NCBI RefSeq assembly: GCF_009834535.1
Contig: NC_045697.1
Location: forward strand, 62,001-124,000
Direction: 5' to 3'
Source of the DNA: Camelus ferus
Taxonomy: Eukaryota
Length of the DNA: 62,000 nucleotides
In this document: positions 25,190 to 38,039 of the stretch, one piece after another
Layout: every line of letters begins with the position of its first letter
How positions within the stretch are numbered: position 1 is the first letter of the stretch
Notes under the pieces: generated by a model
Databases searched by the model: none
What the model was told of the DNA's origin: nothing
Seen by the model: the letters and a program-made list of their open reading frames with translations, nothing else
Translations under genes and position numbers: made by a program

Positions 25190-26715
25190 TTTCAGGTTAC
25201 ATTTAAGTCTTTAGTCCATTTTGAATTTATTTCTGTGCGTGGTTTGATTCTTCTGCATGTAGCTGTCCAGTTTTCCCAACACCATTTATTGAATAGGCGG
25301 TTTCTCCCCATTTTATTTGTTGTTCCTTTGTTGTAGTTTAACTGACCATGTAAGTGTGGGTTCATCTGAACTCTTCATTCTGTTCCATGAAGGGGTGTGT
25401 GTGTGTGTTTTGATTACTGCAGCTTTGTCTTATGGTTTAAAGTCAGGGAGTGTGATTCCTCCAGCTTTGTTCCTCTTTCTTTGATTGTTTTAGCTAATTG
25501 GGGTCTTTTGTGTTTCCCTACAAATTTTGAGATTGTTTGTTCTAGTTCCTTGAAAAATGCCATTGGTAATTTGATAGGGATTGCAGTAAGTCTGTAGATT
25601 GCCTTGGGTAGTGTGGTCATTTTAACAATATTGATTCTTCCGATTCATGAAGAGGGTGTGTCTTTCCATCTGTGTGTGTTGTCTCCAGTTTCTTCCATTG
25701 TGGCATCGTTTCCTAGTACAGGCCTTTCACCTCCTTGGTTACACTTATTCCTAGGTATTTTGTTCGTTTGGAGGTACTTGTCAGTGGGATTGTTTTCTTC
25801 ATTTCTCTTTATGCTAGTTTGTTGTTAGTGTATAGAAATGCAGCCAATTTCTGTATATATTAATTTTGTATCCTGTAACTTTACTGAATTCATTGATGAG
25901 CTCTAGTAGTTTTATGGCGGTGTCTTTAAGATTCTCTACGTATAGTATTATGGAATCTGCAAACACTGACAGTTTTACTTCTTCCTTTCTAATTTGGTTT
26001 CCACCCCCCCTTTTTTTTTTTCTTATCTGTTTGTTGTGACTCGAACTTACAATACTATGTTGAATAAAAGTGGTGACAGTGGGCATCCTTGTTTTGTTTC
26101 TGATCTTAGGGGAATGCTTTCATCTTTTCACCATTGTGTGTGATATTAGCTGTGGGATTACCATATGTGACCTTTATTACGTTGAGGTATGTTTCCTCTG
26201 TGCCCACTTTCTGGAGAGTTTTTATCATAAATGAATGTTGAATTTTGTCAAGTGCATTTTCTGGGTCTACTGAGATGATCATGTGATTTTCATTTTTCAG
26301 TTTGTTAACGTGGCGTATCACTTTGATTTGTGGATATTGAACCATCCTTGCTTTCCTGGGATAAATCCCACTTCATCACAGTGTATGATCCTCTTAATGT
26401 ATCGCTGAATTTGGTTTGCTAATATTTTATTGTAGGTTTTGCATCAATGTTCATCAGTGATATTGGCCTATACATTTTTTCTTTGTTTTTTATTTTATTA
26501 TTTAAAAAAATTGTTTTGTATTGAAGTATACTCAGTTTACACTGTTGTGTCAATTTCTGGTGTAGCCTATAATTTTTTGTGTGATATCTTTGTCTAGTTT
26601 TGGTATGAGGGTGATAGTAGCCTTGTACAATGAGTTTGGAAGCATTCCTTCCTGTGCAATTTTCTGGAATAGTTTCAGAAGGATAGGTGTTAACTCTTCT
26701 CTGAATGTTTGGTAT
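25190..26715 (-). mobile_element. L1 ORF2 fragment in PIGG intron 10 (antisense), frameshifted
   Basis: ORFs 25414..25620 ([25 protein letters not shown]), 25814..26086 ([13 protein letters not shown]), 26106..26345 (NHMIISVD..ALDKIQHSFMIK) and 26550..26813 (YQTFREELTPILLKLF) are L1 ORF2p segments. Confidence 0.93.
26473..26564 (-). mobile_element. Very short younger L1 3' tip nested in the older L1
   Basis: ttgaagtatactcagtttacactgttgtgtcaatttctggtgta resembles the 3' end of the L1 at about 15004-15048; flanked by GCCTATA at 26466-26472 and 26565-26571. Confidence 0.75.
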
Positions 26716-28749
26716 TGCTTTTCTAGAGAGAAAGAAAAGCAGGTGTCATCTGTGGAAGGGTCAGAGTGAGTTCTGAGGGCTATGATCAAGTCATATGGGT
26801 GGCCGAGGGGCACAAGGGCCTCACCTGGAAACAGGACGTGTCAACTGGTGTAGGGATTCAGGGTGATACTGAGAGCCTGGCTGAGGTGACAGCAGAGTGG
26901 CAGGACTTCACCTGAGGCAGGGAGGTCAGGTAGGGAGAGTGTGGTGGGGAGACATCTTGAAGGCTGTTCACTTCAGAGTCTGAGGCTCTGGACAGATGTC
27001 AAGGCTAGATGTCAGTGTGAGGGGGTTCAATATGGGGTGTTTGTTTAAATCTCAGAGTGTGGTATATGAGTAAATTCCTCTTTTCTCTCAGGTAGACACA
27101 CCTAATTTCAGTGTCTCTCACTTACCTTTCGTGGATACAACGGCTTGTACCTCATTGGTGTCCAGAACGTAGGCAGTGCCCCGCTTCCCTAACCTGCACT
27201 GCTTGTTCTCACCCTCTTGTGAGATACTTCCATTCTAGGTTGAGCCTGGATCCAAGTCCATTCCAATTCTAGAACCATTCTGTTTCTAGATCCTCCCTGG
27301 TTCTGGATCTTCCCTGGTTCTAGATCGCCTGAAAGCTGCTTCTCTCCTGGCAGCCCCAGCTGCTGCTGTCCATGTGTGCTCTAGAGCCCTTTACGCTTAA
27401 CTCTTGAGCTTCTTCTCCACCCTGAAGCCCGAGCCTGGCTTGAGGGGAGGCCCCGATTGGCAGCTCTCCATGTGCAGGCACAGCCAGCTGGCTGGGCCAG
27501 GAGGTGGGCCTGCTGAAGGCGAGGGGGACGCAGGCTCTCCTGCTCTCCATCCACCCCACCCTGGCCCTTCCTCCATAGAAAGCCCAGCCTCCTTCCTCTT
27601 TGGAACTTCTCCCATTGCTTGGACCTTTGCTGGCTCCTCCTTCTGTAACCCCTGTGGGCCGTCCTTAGCACTCAGCACATCATGTCAGTCTCTGGTGTTC
27701 CCACACTGCCAGGCACATGAGAGAGTGTGTCCCACTGTTTACATTAAACTGACCATATTGAAAAAGGAATTTTTTAAAAATGCATAAACCATTTCCTAAG
27801 AAAATCTGATACAGGAAAATTCAGTTTTTGATACAGATACATTATTAGGGTGCTTATTTCATTTAAAATTTTATTTAGTTAGTATTACTTTTTTTGTATT
27901 ACTTTAAATGATCAGCTTTTCTAGTATGTATAGAATGTTTGAGTTATGAAATTTATTTAAACATGTTTTAGGAATGTATGTGTTTCATAAGACAAAATTC
28001 TTTGGTATGGGTCGTAAATTGTATCCTCTACAGATGGGTGTAAATGAAGTGCTAACATACTTAATTCATACTAACATTTCACATTTACTCTGTGCCAGAC
28101 ACTTTACATTTGTTCTCTGTTTAATTCCCAGGATAGCCTTGTGAGGTGTAGGTACCATTTCTCTTCATTTTATGAGTAACAAAGCTGAGCATCAGAAGTT
28201 GTAATTAACTCACCCCCAGCAACAGAGTCAGCAAGGGGCAGAGCCCAGACCACCCTGGCCCTGCCTTCCTCCAGACCCCACAGTTTGGACTGCACCTCTG
28301 TATGTGTGTATCCGTATACACATGCGAGTACTTAACTTCAGTCTGCTCGGTTGTGAACATGCTTGGAAGTTCCTCACAGAGCTGGACCCTATCCTGCTGC
28401 AACAGTTTTTCAAATTAACTGTGTGAAGCAGGTGGACAGGGTTTTTGTCTCCGGTCTTGTACCCAGGTGATCCTTGGGCCAAATGAGCAAGATTTCCCGT
28501 AAGCCAGCTCTGTCAGAGAAGTGCGCACAGAGAGGGCCAGCCGCTCGGAGAAGGCAGGCCTGTCAGCCCCCAGCAGGGGTCTTGGGGGAGCTGATGTGCA
28601 GAGGCAGACACCCGTACGGCCAAAGAGTCCCTGGAGGGCAGGTGCTGAGGCTTGTATAGTCAGTTCAGTAGACACATGGTTTCAAGGGAAATTGTGGGTT
28701 TGAATTTTTCTAGTTGGTGCTAGTGAATCTAACTGTTTTGCTTTTTTAG

Positions 28750-29059
28750 GGGCATTACTGAAGCTCGTTTTGTTTATGTCTTTGTCCTTGGCATTCTGTT
28801 CACGGGCACCAAAGACTTGCTTAAATCTCAAGTCATCACCACGGACTCTGCAGCCAGGACCCTGGGCCTCTGGGAGGTGTACAGCGGCTTGGTGCTTCTG
28901 GCAGCGCTGCTCTTCCGACCACACAACCTCCCCGTCCTAGTGCTGAGCCTCCTGGTCCAGGCCATCCTGACCACATTCATCTGGAGGCCCCTGAGGCACG
29001 ACGCAGCTGAGATCACCGTGATGCATTATTGGTTTGGTCAGGCATTCTTCTATTTTCAG
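28750..29059 (+). CDS. PIGG: PIGG coding exon 11 (310 nt): GITEARFVYVFVLG...HYWFGQAFFYFQ
   Basis: TTTTTTAG| acceptor, CAG|GTAGGT donor; overlaps ORF 28817..29086. Confidence 0.96.
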
Positions 29060-31395
29060 GTAGGTGTTCGTGATCACTGCAGGTAGAAAACAACAATAAC
29101 TCTTTATGTCCCTTGTCTTTAGTTTTCTTTGAGAAAATTTTACCGTAAGCTGGGAAGTTACAACGTCTGTCTAGTGAAGGAGCTGTCAGTGTGACGTGGT
29201 ATATTATGCTTAAACCTCGCATATATTTCATAAGAAAAAGTACATTTACTCATTTAAGGCAGACGTCCTTGGTGACGACATGTAGTTGCTGTGCTGGGTC
29301 TGATTACACGGGCAGTCAGGGATGCACGTCATGTTTCCATGATTTATCGGAGGTGGATGATAACTGTGCTCTCGTCCTCCACCCCTGCCTGTCAGCACTG
29401 GGCACTGTTGGGTCTCCCCATTTGGTCATTAATCCCCCAGGGCCCTGTGGTTGTCACTTCTTCTCTTGAGTATTGAGGGTCCATCAGAGGCAAGTTCAAG
29501 GTACCTCCAGGGTAGACCTCAGTATGCACCTGTGTACTTGGAATGGCGCCTGGGAAGCTGGACAGAGTGTCCAGCTCCTGGCCTCAGAGGGACGCAGTTC
29601 CATCCAAGTCTTCCTGCATCACCACCCTGGTCAAGGGGCACTCATGAGGGTGGACACATGAGCTCTCTGCCAAGGAACTTTGCAAACCTCCTGAGCGTCT
29701 GTGTCTTCCCATCTCTACAATGAAGATCTGTCTTTCCTTTGTGTCACTGGCTCCTCCCTTCTCCTCCACTGAGACCCCTGAGGCTTACCTGGTTCAGTGT
29801 GTCTCCAGCTTGGCCCAGGGCCTTTTCCTCATCTCCTCCTCCCTGGTTTCCTGACACTCACCTCAGGTGCGTGGCTTTTCCTTCTGTTTCCTAAAGCCCA
29901 AGAGTGGGCGGGGGTGAAGTTCTAGAAGTCCGTAAGTGCAGGAGGGATCTGACCTGCCCCTGAGCCTCAGACCCCACTTTCCTTCCCTTTCACTGCAGCT
30001 GTAGCTCTCCCCTGACAGCCCACGTGCTCCTCTCTCCAGACGTGCGCTCCTGCAGCATCCAGGGTGGCAGTTCCCAGCAGAGCTGCAGGCAGGTTGTCCT
30101 GACCCTGGTGCTCAGCACCTCTGAGATAGGAGGCCTCTTGCAGGCATTTGCCGTGCCTCAGTTTCCTCGTCTGTAAAATTGGGTCATAAGCTCATAAGTA
30201 GTTCACCTTCTCCTCAGGGGCTGTGAGGGTTAGATGACCCAGCATGAGAAGCAGGAGGTAGCCCGTGCGCATAAGCTCTCAGCGCCAGCCGGCCTTGATC
30301 AGGACCCTGCCGAGAAGTCAGGGTTGGGGTCCGCGCAAACCTGGAGGGTGGCCCGCCTCCCTGGGGTCCAAGCTGCCCCTCACAGGAAGGCAGCCCCTCT
30401 GACAACCAGAGCGCCGGGACCACAAGTGCCATTCTTTGTGTGCCTCACGTGTTTTACCACTGAGAACACGGCTTTTTCTTAGCTATCAGAAGAAAGTTCG
30501 AAGGTCCCAGGCATCGCAGACGTGGGGAAATGCAGAGCATGCCCGGGGGTCCCAGAGCACCAGCTGGGAGCAGGAAGAAGACAAAGGAACCAGTGTGGAC
30601 AGGGCGCCGAAGAGGCAGAGAGGGAGGAGACTGGGGGTCTGAGCACCTGTTCCGTGTGCATCGGGGCCCCTGCATCAGTGACCACCAAGTGACATGCAGC
30701 CAAAGGAGGAGGTGGTGGGGTCTGGATTCATGTCCTGGGCCATCAGATAAAGAGTTCCAGGTCGGGAGGGCCTTCGCTGGGCCGGGACAGACATTTGTGC
30801 TGTCAGATTTGTAAATGTCATGTCTGAGGACAGGACACCAGTATCAAAGACTGGAAGTGGACCCCGCCCTTGGATTCAAACCCCCACCCTTCCTGTGCAG
30901 GACGAACTATCCTGTTCCTGGCCGGGCCTGGGCAGTGACCGCCAGGATCTTGAGTCTGACACATAAGCCAGACACCAAGCAGCCAGCCTGCCCTCCGCCA
31001 CCCAGCAGCAGCGCCCACCCTCGAATGAGCCGTGTGGTAACGCCACCCTCAGCCCCCAGGGCCATGTGCAGCCTTCAGACAGTGTCCCTGAGGAGGGAGG
31101 TCAGGGTGTCTGTCTAAGTTAGATGAGCTGGGGAAAGTTTGAAATTATCCATAGTTGTTGTCTGCACACACATTTATATAGTTTCTCAAAGGTAAGGGAC
31201 ATTTCACTTGCTCCTCCACACTTGGGAGTAAGGCAGGCCGGTGGAGGGGCAGCTCATCCAGGGTCAACCCCAGACCAAGAGTGGATGGGCAGCTGGGGCT
31301 CCTGTGTGTCCACGTCACCATGATTGTGGCTCTCACGGTCGCTAGTGGCCATGTCATGACACTAGCTGGGTCAGCCGTGTTTCTTCCATGTGCAG

Positions 31396-31559
31396 GGAAA
31401 CTCAAACAGCATCACCACCGTGGACATCTCGGCAGGCTTTGTGGGCCTGGACACCTACATGGAGATCCCAGCGGTGTTCTTGACAGCATTTGCGACGTAC
31501 GCGGGGCCCGTGCTGTGGGCCAGCCACTTGGTGAACTTCCTGAGCTCAGAAACCAACAG
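31396..31559 (+). CDS. PIGG: PIGG coding exon 12 (164 nt): GNSNSITTVDISAGFVGL...FATYAGPVLW
   Basis: GTGCAG| acceptor, CAG|GTGAAA donor; GNSN...D.SAGFVG motif; translated by hand. Confidence 0.96.
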
Positions 31560-32626
31560 GTGAAACTCTCCTTTGTCTTTAACGCAAACTCTGGTGGCAA
31601 GTGGACAGTTTGAAGAGCCACTCCTGTTCCAGAGACAGGATGTCTGAAACCCAAGGGCTCAAAGGTCTTTGTCATCACTTTCCTTTTCCTTAAATAAGAA
31701 TGAACAGTCCACAGTGTGTGGGCCAGTTATGCGCCATCCCGGAGGAGGGGCTGCAGGTGGGAGTGACCACAGCCAGTGGAGACTGCCCATGCAAATAAGC
31801 AGAGCATGTTCCCGCTGAGGGTGAGGGCAGTGAGAGAGCCCAGGGGTAGGGCAGGCCATTTGGGGCTGCGGGTCCTCTGGGCACAGGAGAGCCGCAGCAG
31901 TCCTGTGACCACAGAGATGCCACCCATGGGCTCACTGCGGGGGTGGGGGGGCAGGGTGGCAGAACTGGAACTGGGCTTAACCAGAATCTGGGAGCGTGAC
32001 CTCCGAGGGTCTGTGGGGTGGATAAGAGTGAAGGGTGCCTGGAACTTGCTGTCTTGAAATAGTCACCATCTCAGGAAGTTGCCTTAAAGAGTAGGTTAGA
32101 TTTATGTCATGGTTTGTTGGTGGCTTGAAAGCAAAGGCAGTATGTTTGTGCACTCTGAGGGGTTGCTTCCATTTCAGGAAGGCTCTGCCTCCCTGTTTGC
32201 GTAGCACACACCCTGGAGCCAGTGTCCCCAGACCAGGCCAGGCAGACGAGGCGCCCGCTGGGCAGCATGTGCATCTCATCCTTGTGTGGCTTTCTTTTCT
32301 TTGTTTATATTTTATACTGTGTGTATAGTTCTTAAATAAATAACTATGTAAAATTTGGGGGTGCATTTTCGACAATATTTTACAGATTGTGGTGGCCCTG
32401 GAGAGTAACTGGAGCTGCCCATGTGCAGCTCTGACTCCTTAGCACCTCAGTGGCCACCAGACTGACCAGACCCAGACTTCAAGTGGCGGGGGAGGGGCGT
32501 GTTCCCAGGAGCAGGAACTGCCACAGCCATTTTCAGTATAGAAATGTGGTTACATATGTGTCCATGCCTTACACAGTAAGGAGGTGGCGTATGTATACTA
32601 ATACATATTTCCCTTTTTGTTAACAG

Positions 32627-32840
32627 CAGTTCAGCACTGAGTCATGCTTGCTTCTGCTACGCATTGGTTTGTTCTTTTCCAGTTTCCGCATATATCATTT
32701 TGGTGACATCTCTGCGTTACCATTTATTTATATGGAGTGTGTTTTCTCCAAAACTTCTCTATGAGGGAATGCACCTGCTCGTCACAGCTGCTGTCTGTGT
32801 GTTCTTCACAGCCATGGACCGGACCAACACAAAGTCTTAG
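32627..32840 (+). CDS. PIGG: PIGG coding exon 13 (214 nt): ...LRYHLFIWSVFSPKLLYE...TNTKS, stop
   Basis: TAACAG|CAG acceptor; HLFIWSVFSPK C-terminal motif; TAG at 32838-32840. The 13 exons sum to 2952 nt (983 aa plus stop) with no frameshift. Confidence 0.95.
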
Positions 32841-32909
32841 ACTACACTACTGAGGCACTGGAAAAATAATTTAATTTTAAAGTCTACTGTTTATTTCATG
32901 GATTGGCAT

Positions 32910-33040
32910 AATAAAAAAATCTTATTTAAATGCAAGATCATTCTAAAAAAAAGATGTAAATTCTACCATGTTGATGAATAGTTTCAATTTCTGTGATGAC
33001 TGTACTTGAATTTAGATTAAATAGTAAGTGGTTTAATAAA
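32910..33040 (+). terminator. Candidate PIGG polyadenylation signals
   Basis: AATAAA 32910-32915, ATTAAA 33016-33021 and AATAAA 33035-33040 in an AT-rich stretch 70-200 nt after the stop codon. Confidence 0.65.
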
Positions 33041-33339
33041 AAGTCACTTAGTTTGGATACGAGTTATATTCCCCTGCTGACAATCACTCCAGAAACTTCT
33101 AAACTTTTAATTTTCTCAGGGTAGGTTATGATATGACCCAAATATATGTGTTTAAATAGAAGAAGACATTTCCAGGTTTGTCATGGTGCGTGTGAACTTC
33201 AGAGAGCCCGGGGGCTCTGTTGGCAGGAGGATGTCCTTCTGCCAAGGTTCACCTCGCAGAGCTCGGGGAGCCTTTTAATACCCTGGAAGCCACTGGGGTC
33301 CCCAGGAGCTTCGGTTTATGTGATTACTTCTGTCAGCAT

Positions 33340-34570
33340 TGATGGCATTTAAAATTAAAACTAATTCTATGTACATATAAAATACATATTCATTTGAAAT
33401 ATACATTCATTTGAAAATAAAGATATAAACCCATTGCGTGTTAATATAACATTTTTAAGGGAAAAAAACCTTATATTTTCCAAAACAAAAGTATGTAGCT
33501 GGGAGGGTGGCATTGTTTTACATTTTTGCAAATCTGATGTCTGGCTTAACTGAAGACTGTTGGATTCTGCATTCAGTCCGTTGTGATGCGTGGGTGTGGT
33601 TAAAGTAGTCACAGATACGCAGTTGCTTTAATGTCCTTTTCTGATCATTGTGGATGTTCTTTTTTTTTGACACTGCACTAAAATTCAACAGGTGATGGTT
33701 TCTTCCAAGTTAGCTGGCAAAGAAAGAAACAAGTGCTTGTGAACAGATGAGACCTGCCGGGTCCACGCCTGCTACCAGACTGGCACCAGCCTCTTTCGCC
33801 AGTTTTGACAAGTGCTGTGGCAATACTATCACTAGGGGAAGCTGGGTGCATGGTATATGGAGCTGTAATATTTTTGCAACATCTTGTGAGATTTAAACTT
33901 TTCAAAATAAAAGTTATTTTACAAAAGAAAAGATTAGTCCTACTGTAGAATCTGAAACCGTATCAGTGATCTGTGCTCTGTGGCGTTCAATCCATTGATC
34001 TGTCTGCACTCTGAGTGGATCTTTTTCCCAGGTGTGGTCCTGTAACATCTGTGTTATCATTTGGAAAGTGACGATTCTCTGAGTTATGTAGCTCCTCCAG
34101 TGTTGACACTGTCCACTGTTCAGAACCAGAATTCACTTGTTACATCGTCAACAGTCTCATCAGAAAAGTCTGAGAATATTGGAAGCTCACAGTGGCAAAT
34201 GCAAGTTTTCTAAGACTTTAACTTACATGTGAAAACTCAAATTTTATGATTGACAGTAAGTTCTGAGTGTTCTTTTTTTTCCTGGGACTGACAGTCTCAC
34301 TTTGTTCATCTTGAAGATAATGTCTGCCACAGACCCAAACTCGAATAACCAGTTTGTCATTCTTTCAGGTACAGGTGCATTCGGGGACGGGGCTTTTTCT
34401 GGAGACAACCTCAGGTGTGGGGGCAGCACCGTGTGCACTCCCACCTCCCGCAGGGTTGCCCTGCTCATGCAGCACGTGCTGCAGGAACCTGGTGGTGAGG
34501 AGCCCAGTGACCACAGGGCATGACAGTTTGCCCCACTGTTTGTTGCTCTTCACGTGCTTGGCACCCAGTC
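33340..34570. mobile_element. hAT-Charlie (Charlie1-like) DNA transposon remnant
   Basis: Diagnostic text gtggcattgttttacatttttgcaaatct..atgtctggcttaa..gaagac and ctcatcagaaaagtc...gcaagttttc; subfamily from memory. Confidence 0.7.
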
Positions 34571-35362
34571 TCAGGCAGCCTGTAGACAGTATTCAGAATG
34601 ACCTCTGACCCTTCTTGCTGAGGTCCTAAGGGTTAGAGGCCGACTCCAGTTTCCGAACAAGTATTTGCTTAGTGGGTGCCTGTATGCCCTGGGCCCTGGG
34701 TACGTCAGTGAACAAAACAGAGACTGTCTCTCATGGTGCTGACCTTCTAATGGAAGGAGGCTGTATCACTCAGATCTGTTGTTCCATGCAGGGAAGAGTA
34801 TAGAGTGACAAAAATGCTACTTTCAGAGAGGATGTTCAGAAACAGTTTTTCTGAGGAAGCAGTTTTTGAGCGGCATCCTGAGCAGTGTGGACAAGCTATG
34901 GTCAGCAAGGACCAGCAAGTCAAAGCCCCAAGGCAAGAAAGAATGGGGAAAGATGTGCGAATGGGGAGGAGGTGGAACAGGTTAGCCAGCGTGGCCCCTG
35001 GGTTGTTGCAGGAGTACTGGGGCCAGGTCAATAGGGGGTTGACCAGAAGGCCGGCGGGAGGTGGCAGGTGCTCCAGAGGGAGTTGCTGAGTGAGATGGGA
35101 AGGCCTGTGTGCAAGGCCCTTTGCTATGACCTTCCTACCACCTGGGACCATTATCAGAACTAATCACAGGTAAAAACAGGTGTAGAGGCTGAAAATCCTG
35201 CTTGAGGCCACAGAGCTGGGAACTGTTGTGGGCCATCTGATCAGACAGTACTAGGCTCTGCTGTGGTGAAGGACATGGTGGGGTGAAGAGTTAAGTGTGA
35301 GAGAGCAGGTCTGGGGTCAGGGGCAAGTCCAGGAACAGGGGCTGGTCCAGGGTCATGGGCAG

Positions 35363-35734
35363 GTCCCCACCCCTCAGCATCATCCATTTCCAGAGGACTT
35401 CCTGGCCCTTGAGGTTCCAGATGAGGTTATGTCCTATAGGCCACACTTGCAGAAGCTTCCCAGGAGGCAGGGCCTGGGATTGTCAACAGGGGGTGTGGCT
35501 GTGGGCAGTGCACCTCAGGGTGCCGTGGTCCTGGCCAGGATGATCAGTCACAGGGCCTGGCAGTCTACCAGAGTGTACCAGCCCTGGAAAACTTTGTGGC
35601 GTGTGTGGCGGCACGTGGCTCAGCACCACCAGGAGTAGCTCAGGTAGCAATTGGATCAGGCCCAGCCCCTCCTTGGGTTCCAGCTCCGGAGTGGGGACCC
35701 CAGTGGACCAGCCCCTGGAGGCCGAGGCACACGT
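35363..35734 (-). pseudogene. FBXO27: Processed FBXO27 pseudogene fragment (N-terminus, F-box and start of the FBA domain)
   Basis: Minus-strand translation across frameshifts: TCASASRG..VPTPELEPKEGLGLIQLLPELLLVVLSHVPPHT / KVFQGWYTLVDCQAL*LIILA / DHG / NPRPCLLGSFC / PIGHNLIWNLKGQEVLWKWMMLRGGD, collinear with recalled FBXO27 (MGASVSRG...QLPPELLLVVLSHVPPRT...[26 protein letters not shown]). Start is ACG; TGA at 35548-35550; several indels. Confidence 0.88.
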
Positions 35735-35819
35735 CTCCTGGCCAGTTACAGTTGTAACCTGCATCTCAGACATGATTCTCGCCAATGGGCCTTCACCTTG
35801 CTTCACGTCCCAACTTTCT

Positions 35820-36712
35820 TATGATTAATTTGCATATATCTTTTTCCATCCTTTTCATTTCAACCTACTGTGTCTGTATTTAAAATGGCTCTTGTAAACT
35901 CACATCTTGCATCCTGCTTTTTTTATCTAGTCTGATGATCTCTGCCTTTTAATTGGAATATATATTCCATTTACATTTAATATAATTATTGATAGAATTG
36001 GATTTAGAGCTGCCATTTTCCAATTTGTTTCTTTTTTTTTTTTTTCATTGTTATTCTTCTGTTTCACCTTTCTTCCCTTCTTTGGGTTAATGTAAGAGTT
36101 TTTAGTATGCCATTTTATCTTCACCATTGTCTTTTCTTAATTAACAGACTTTATCTTTTAGAATAGTTCTAGGTGTACAGAAAGACTCAGTGTATGACAT
36201 TCTCCATCTGCAGACACAGTGTCCTCTATTACTAACATCATGCATTAGTGTGGTGCACTTGTTACAATCAACAAGCCAATATTGATGCATTATTATCAGC
36301 TAAAGTCTGTAGTTTACATTAGGGTTCACTCTTTGTCCTATATAGCCATTTGTCTGAAAAACATATATTGACATACATCCACCATTACACTATCACACAG
36401 AATAATTTCACTGCCCTAAAAATTTCTTGTGCACCACAGATTTATCCTGCCCTCCCCAAAACCACTGATCTTTTTATTGTCTCCTTGGTTGGAATTATAC
36501 AGTATGTAGCCTTTTCAGGTTGGTCTTTTTCACTTAGTAACATGTATTTAAGGGTCCTACATGTCTCTTTGTGGCTTGATAACATTTCTTTTTAGTGCTG
36601 AATAATACTCCATTGTCTGGAGATACCACAGTTTATCTATGCACCTACTGAAGGACATCTTGGTTGCTTCCAAGTTTTGCCAACTATGAATAAAGCTGCT
36701 ATAAACATCCAT
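35820..36712 (-). mobile_element. L1M fragments
   Basis: ORF2 5' remnant (ORF 35927..36127, LSIIILNVNGIYIPIKRQR) and an L1MA/MB-type 3' UTR. Confidence 0.75.
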
Positions 36713-37425
36713 GACTGGCCAGTGTTGCTCAGTGGGAATTCAGGTCCACTTGCCCCCACCAAGATCTTGGGACACAGCATATGCAAGCAGGGACCTGAGA
36801 GGAGCAAAGGGAGGCCCTGGATCCTGACTGTGCAGAGACCCACAGAGCCCATGTCAGGAGGGGTGGGGGCGCAGGGAGGGAGGTCTGCGTGAAGAGAAGT
36901 CCTGGATCACCTGGGACACTTGAACACGTGGAGGGGATGTTCTCACTTCTGCTGAATGTCGGCCACAGGTTCCTAGAAAACATTAGTCAGCTGTTAATTT
37001 CAAGGAAAACAAGAAAGAGACTGTAGCCATGGGTACCTTATACCTCACCTCTGGACAATGGTTATGATTTAACAAAGTAGAATACAGAATTGACCCCCAA
37101 AATGCCCAGACTCTACTGGGAGGGTGAGGAGAAAAGGCTGTGTGTCAAGTGGGGGGGTGTAAGAAAACTAGTCCCAACGTTCAATAGTAAGAAATCAGTA
37201 ATCATATCTAAGACGGAAATAATGAGAGTTGTACTATAACCATTTTTTCCGTAAGTGTAGAGGCATATTACCAAGGAAAGTGGTTGCTTCTGGGGTTGGT
37301 TATTGATAGACGGGTAAACCAATAGTACAGTTGACTTTTAAACTAGGTACAGTTTTAGCTCGGCTTAAAATTGAAGCATAGGTTAGTGTTATTTACCACA
37401 GTAACAGATAAATCCAGGGAAAACC

Positions 37426-37798
37426 TGTGGCAGGAAAATCAAAACGGAGTCACTGTTGCTGAGAAAGTCTCAAATGCAGCTGGAAGTCCACTGAGGAAGA
37501 CTAACTTAGACAGTGTCACCCTGGATGGAATCTGACCTTTTGACCACTTACTGTGCTAATGAAGACATCTGCCAGAAACTCAAAGTATTCATCAGACAAT
37601 TATCCTAAACTTCCCTCAGGGACGAACGCCTCCTTTCTGTGTCAGAGCACAGCTTCATGGGCCTCGGAGTCTCTCTTCCCAGAACACTCTTGGTTTAACC
37701 TGAGTCTGTGCCTCCCAAATTGCAATTTCTAAGACTCCAAATAAACTCTTTTCTTATTTGTAAACTTCTGGGGTGGGGGGTGGGGGGTTCGGTTCACA
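37426..37798 (+). mobile_element. Solo ERV LTR (family C here)
   Basis: TG...CA ends, AATAAA at 37739-37744, interrupts the L1. Confidence 0.7.
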
Positions 37799-38039
37799 AA
37801 ACAAATGATAATTATGTCAATTGATAGAATTCAATACCCATTTACATGGGGGGGAAACGCAGAAAACAAATTACCCCTTAAAAAGAAAAACTCTTAGCAA
37901 TTTGAAAATAGAAGAAACTTCCTTGATGTGCTAAAAAGTGTCTGCCAAGATTCCAGGCAAACCTCATACCTACTGATTTAAGTCAGACATCAGGAGAGGA
38001 GGCCGACCATCCCACCGCTATCTAACTTTGGGTTAGAGA

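Noticed and set aside
27277..27326. 17-bp unit TTCT(A/G)GATC(C/T)TCCCTGG repeated about 2.5 times
   Set aside because: Small local tandem duplication in an intron with no spacers; not CRISPR-like.
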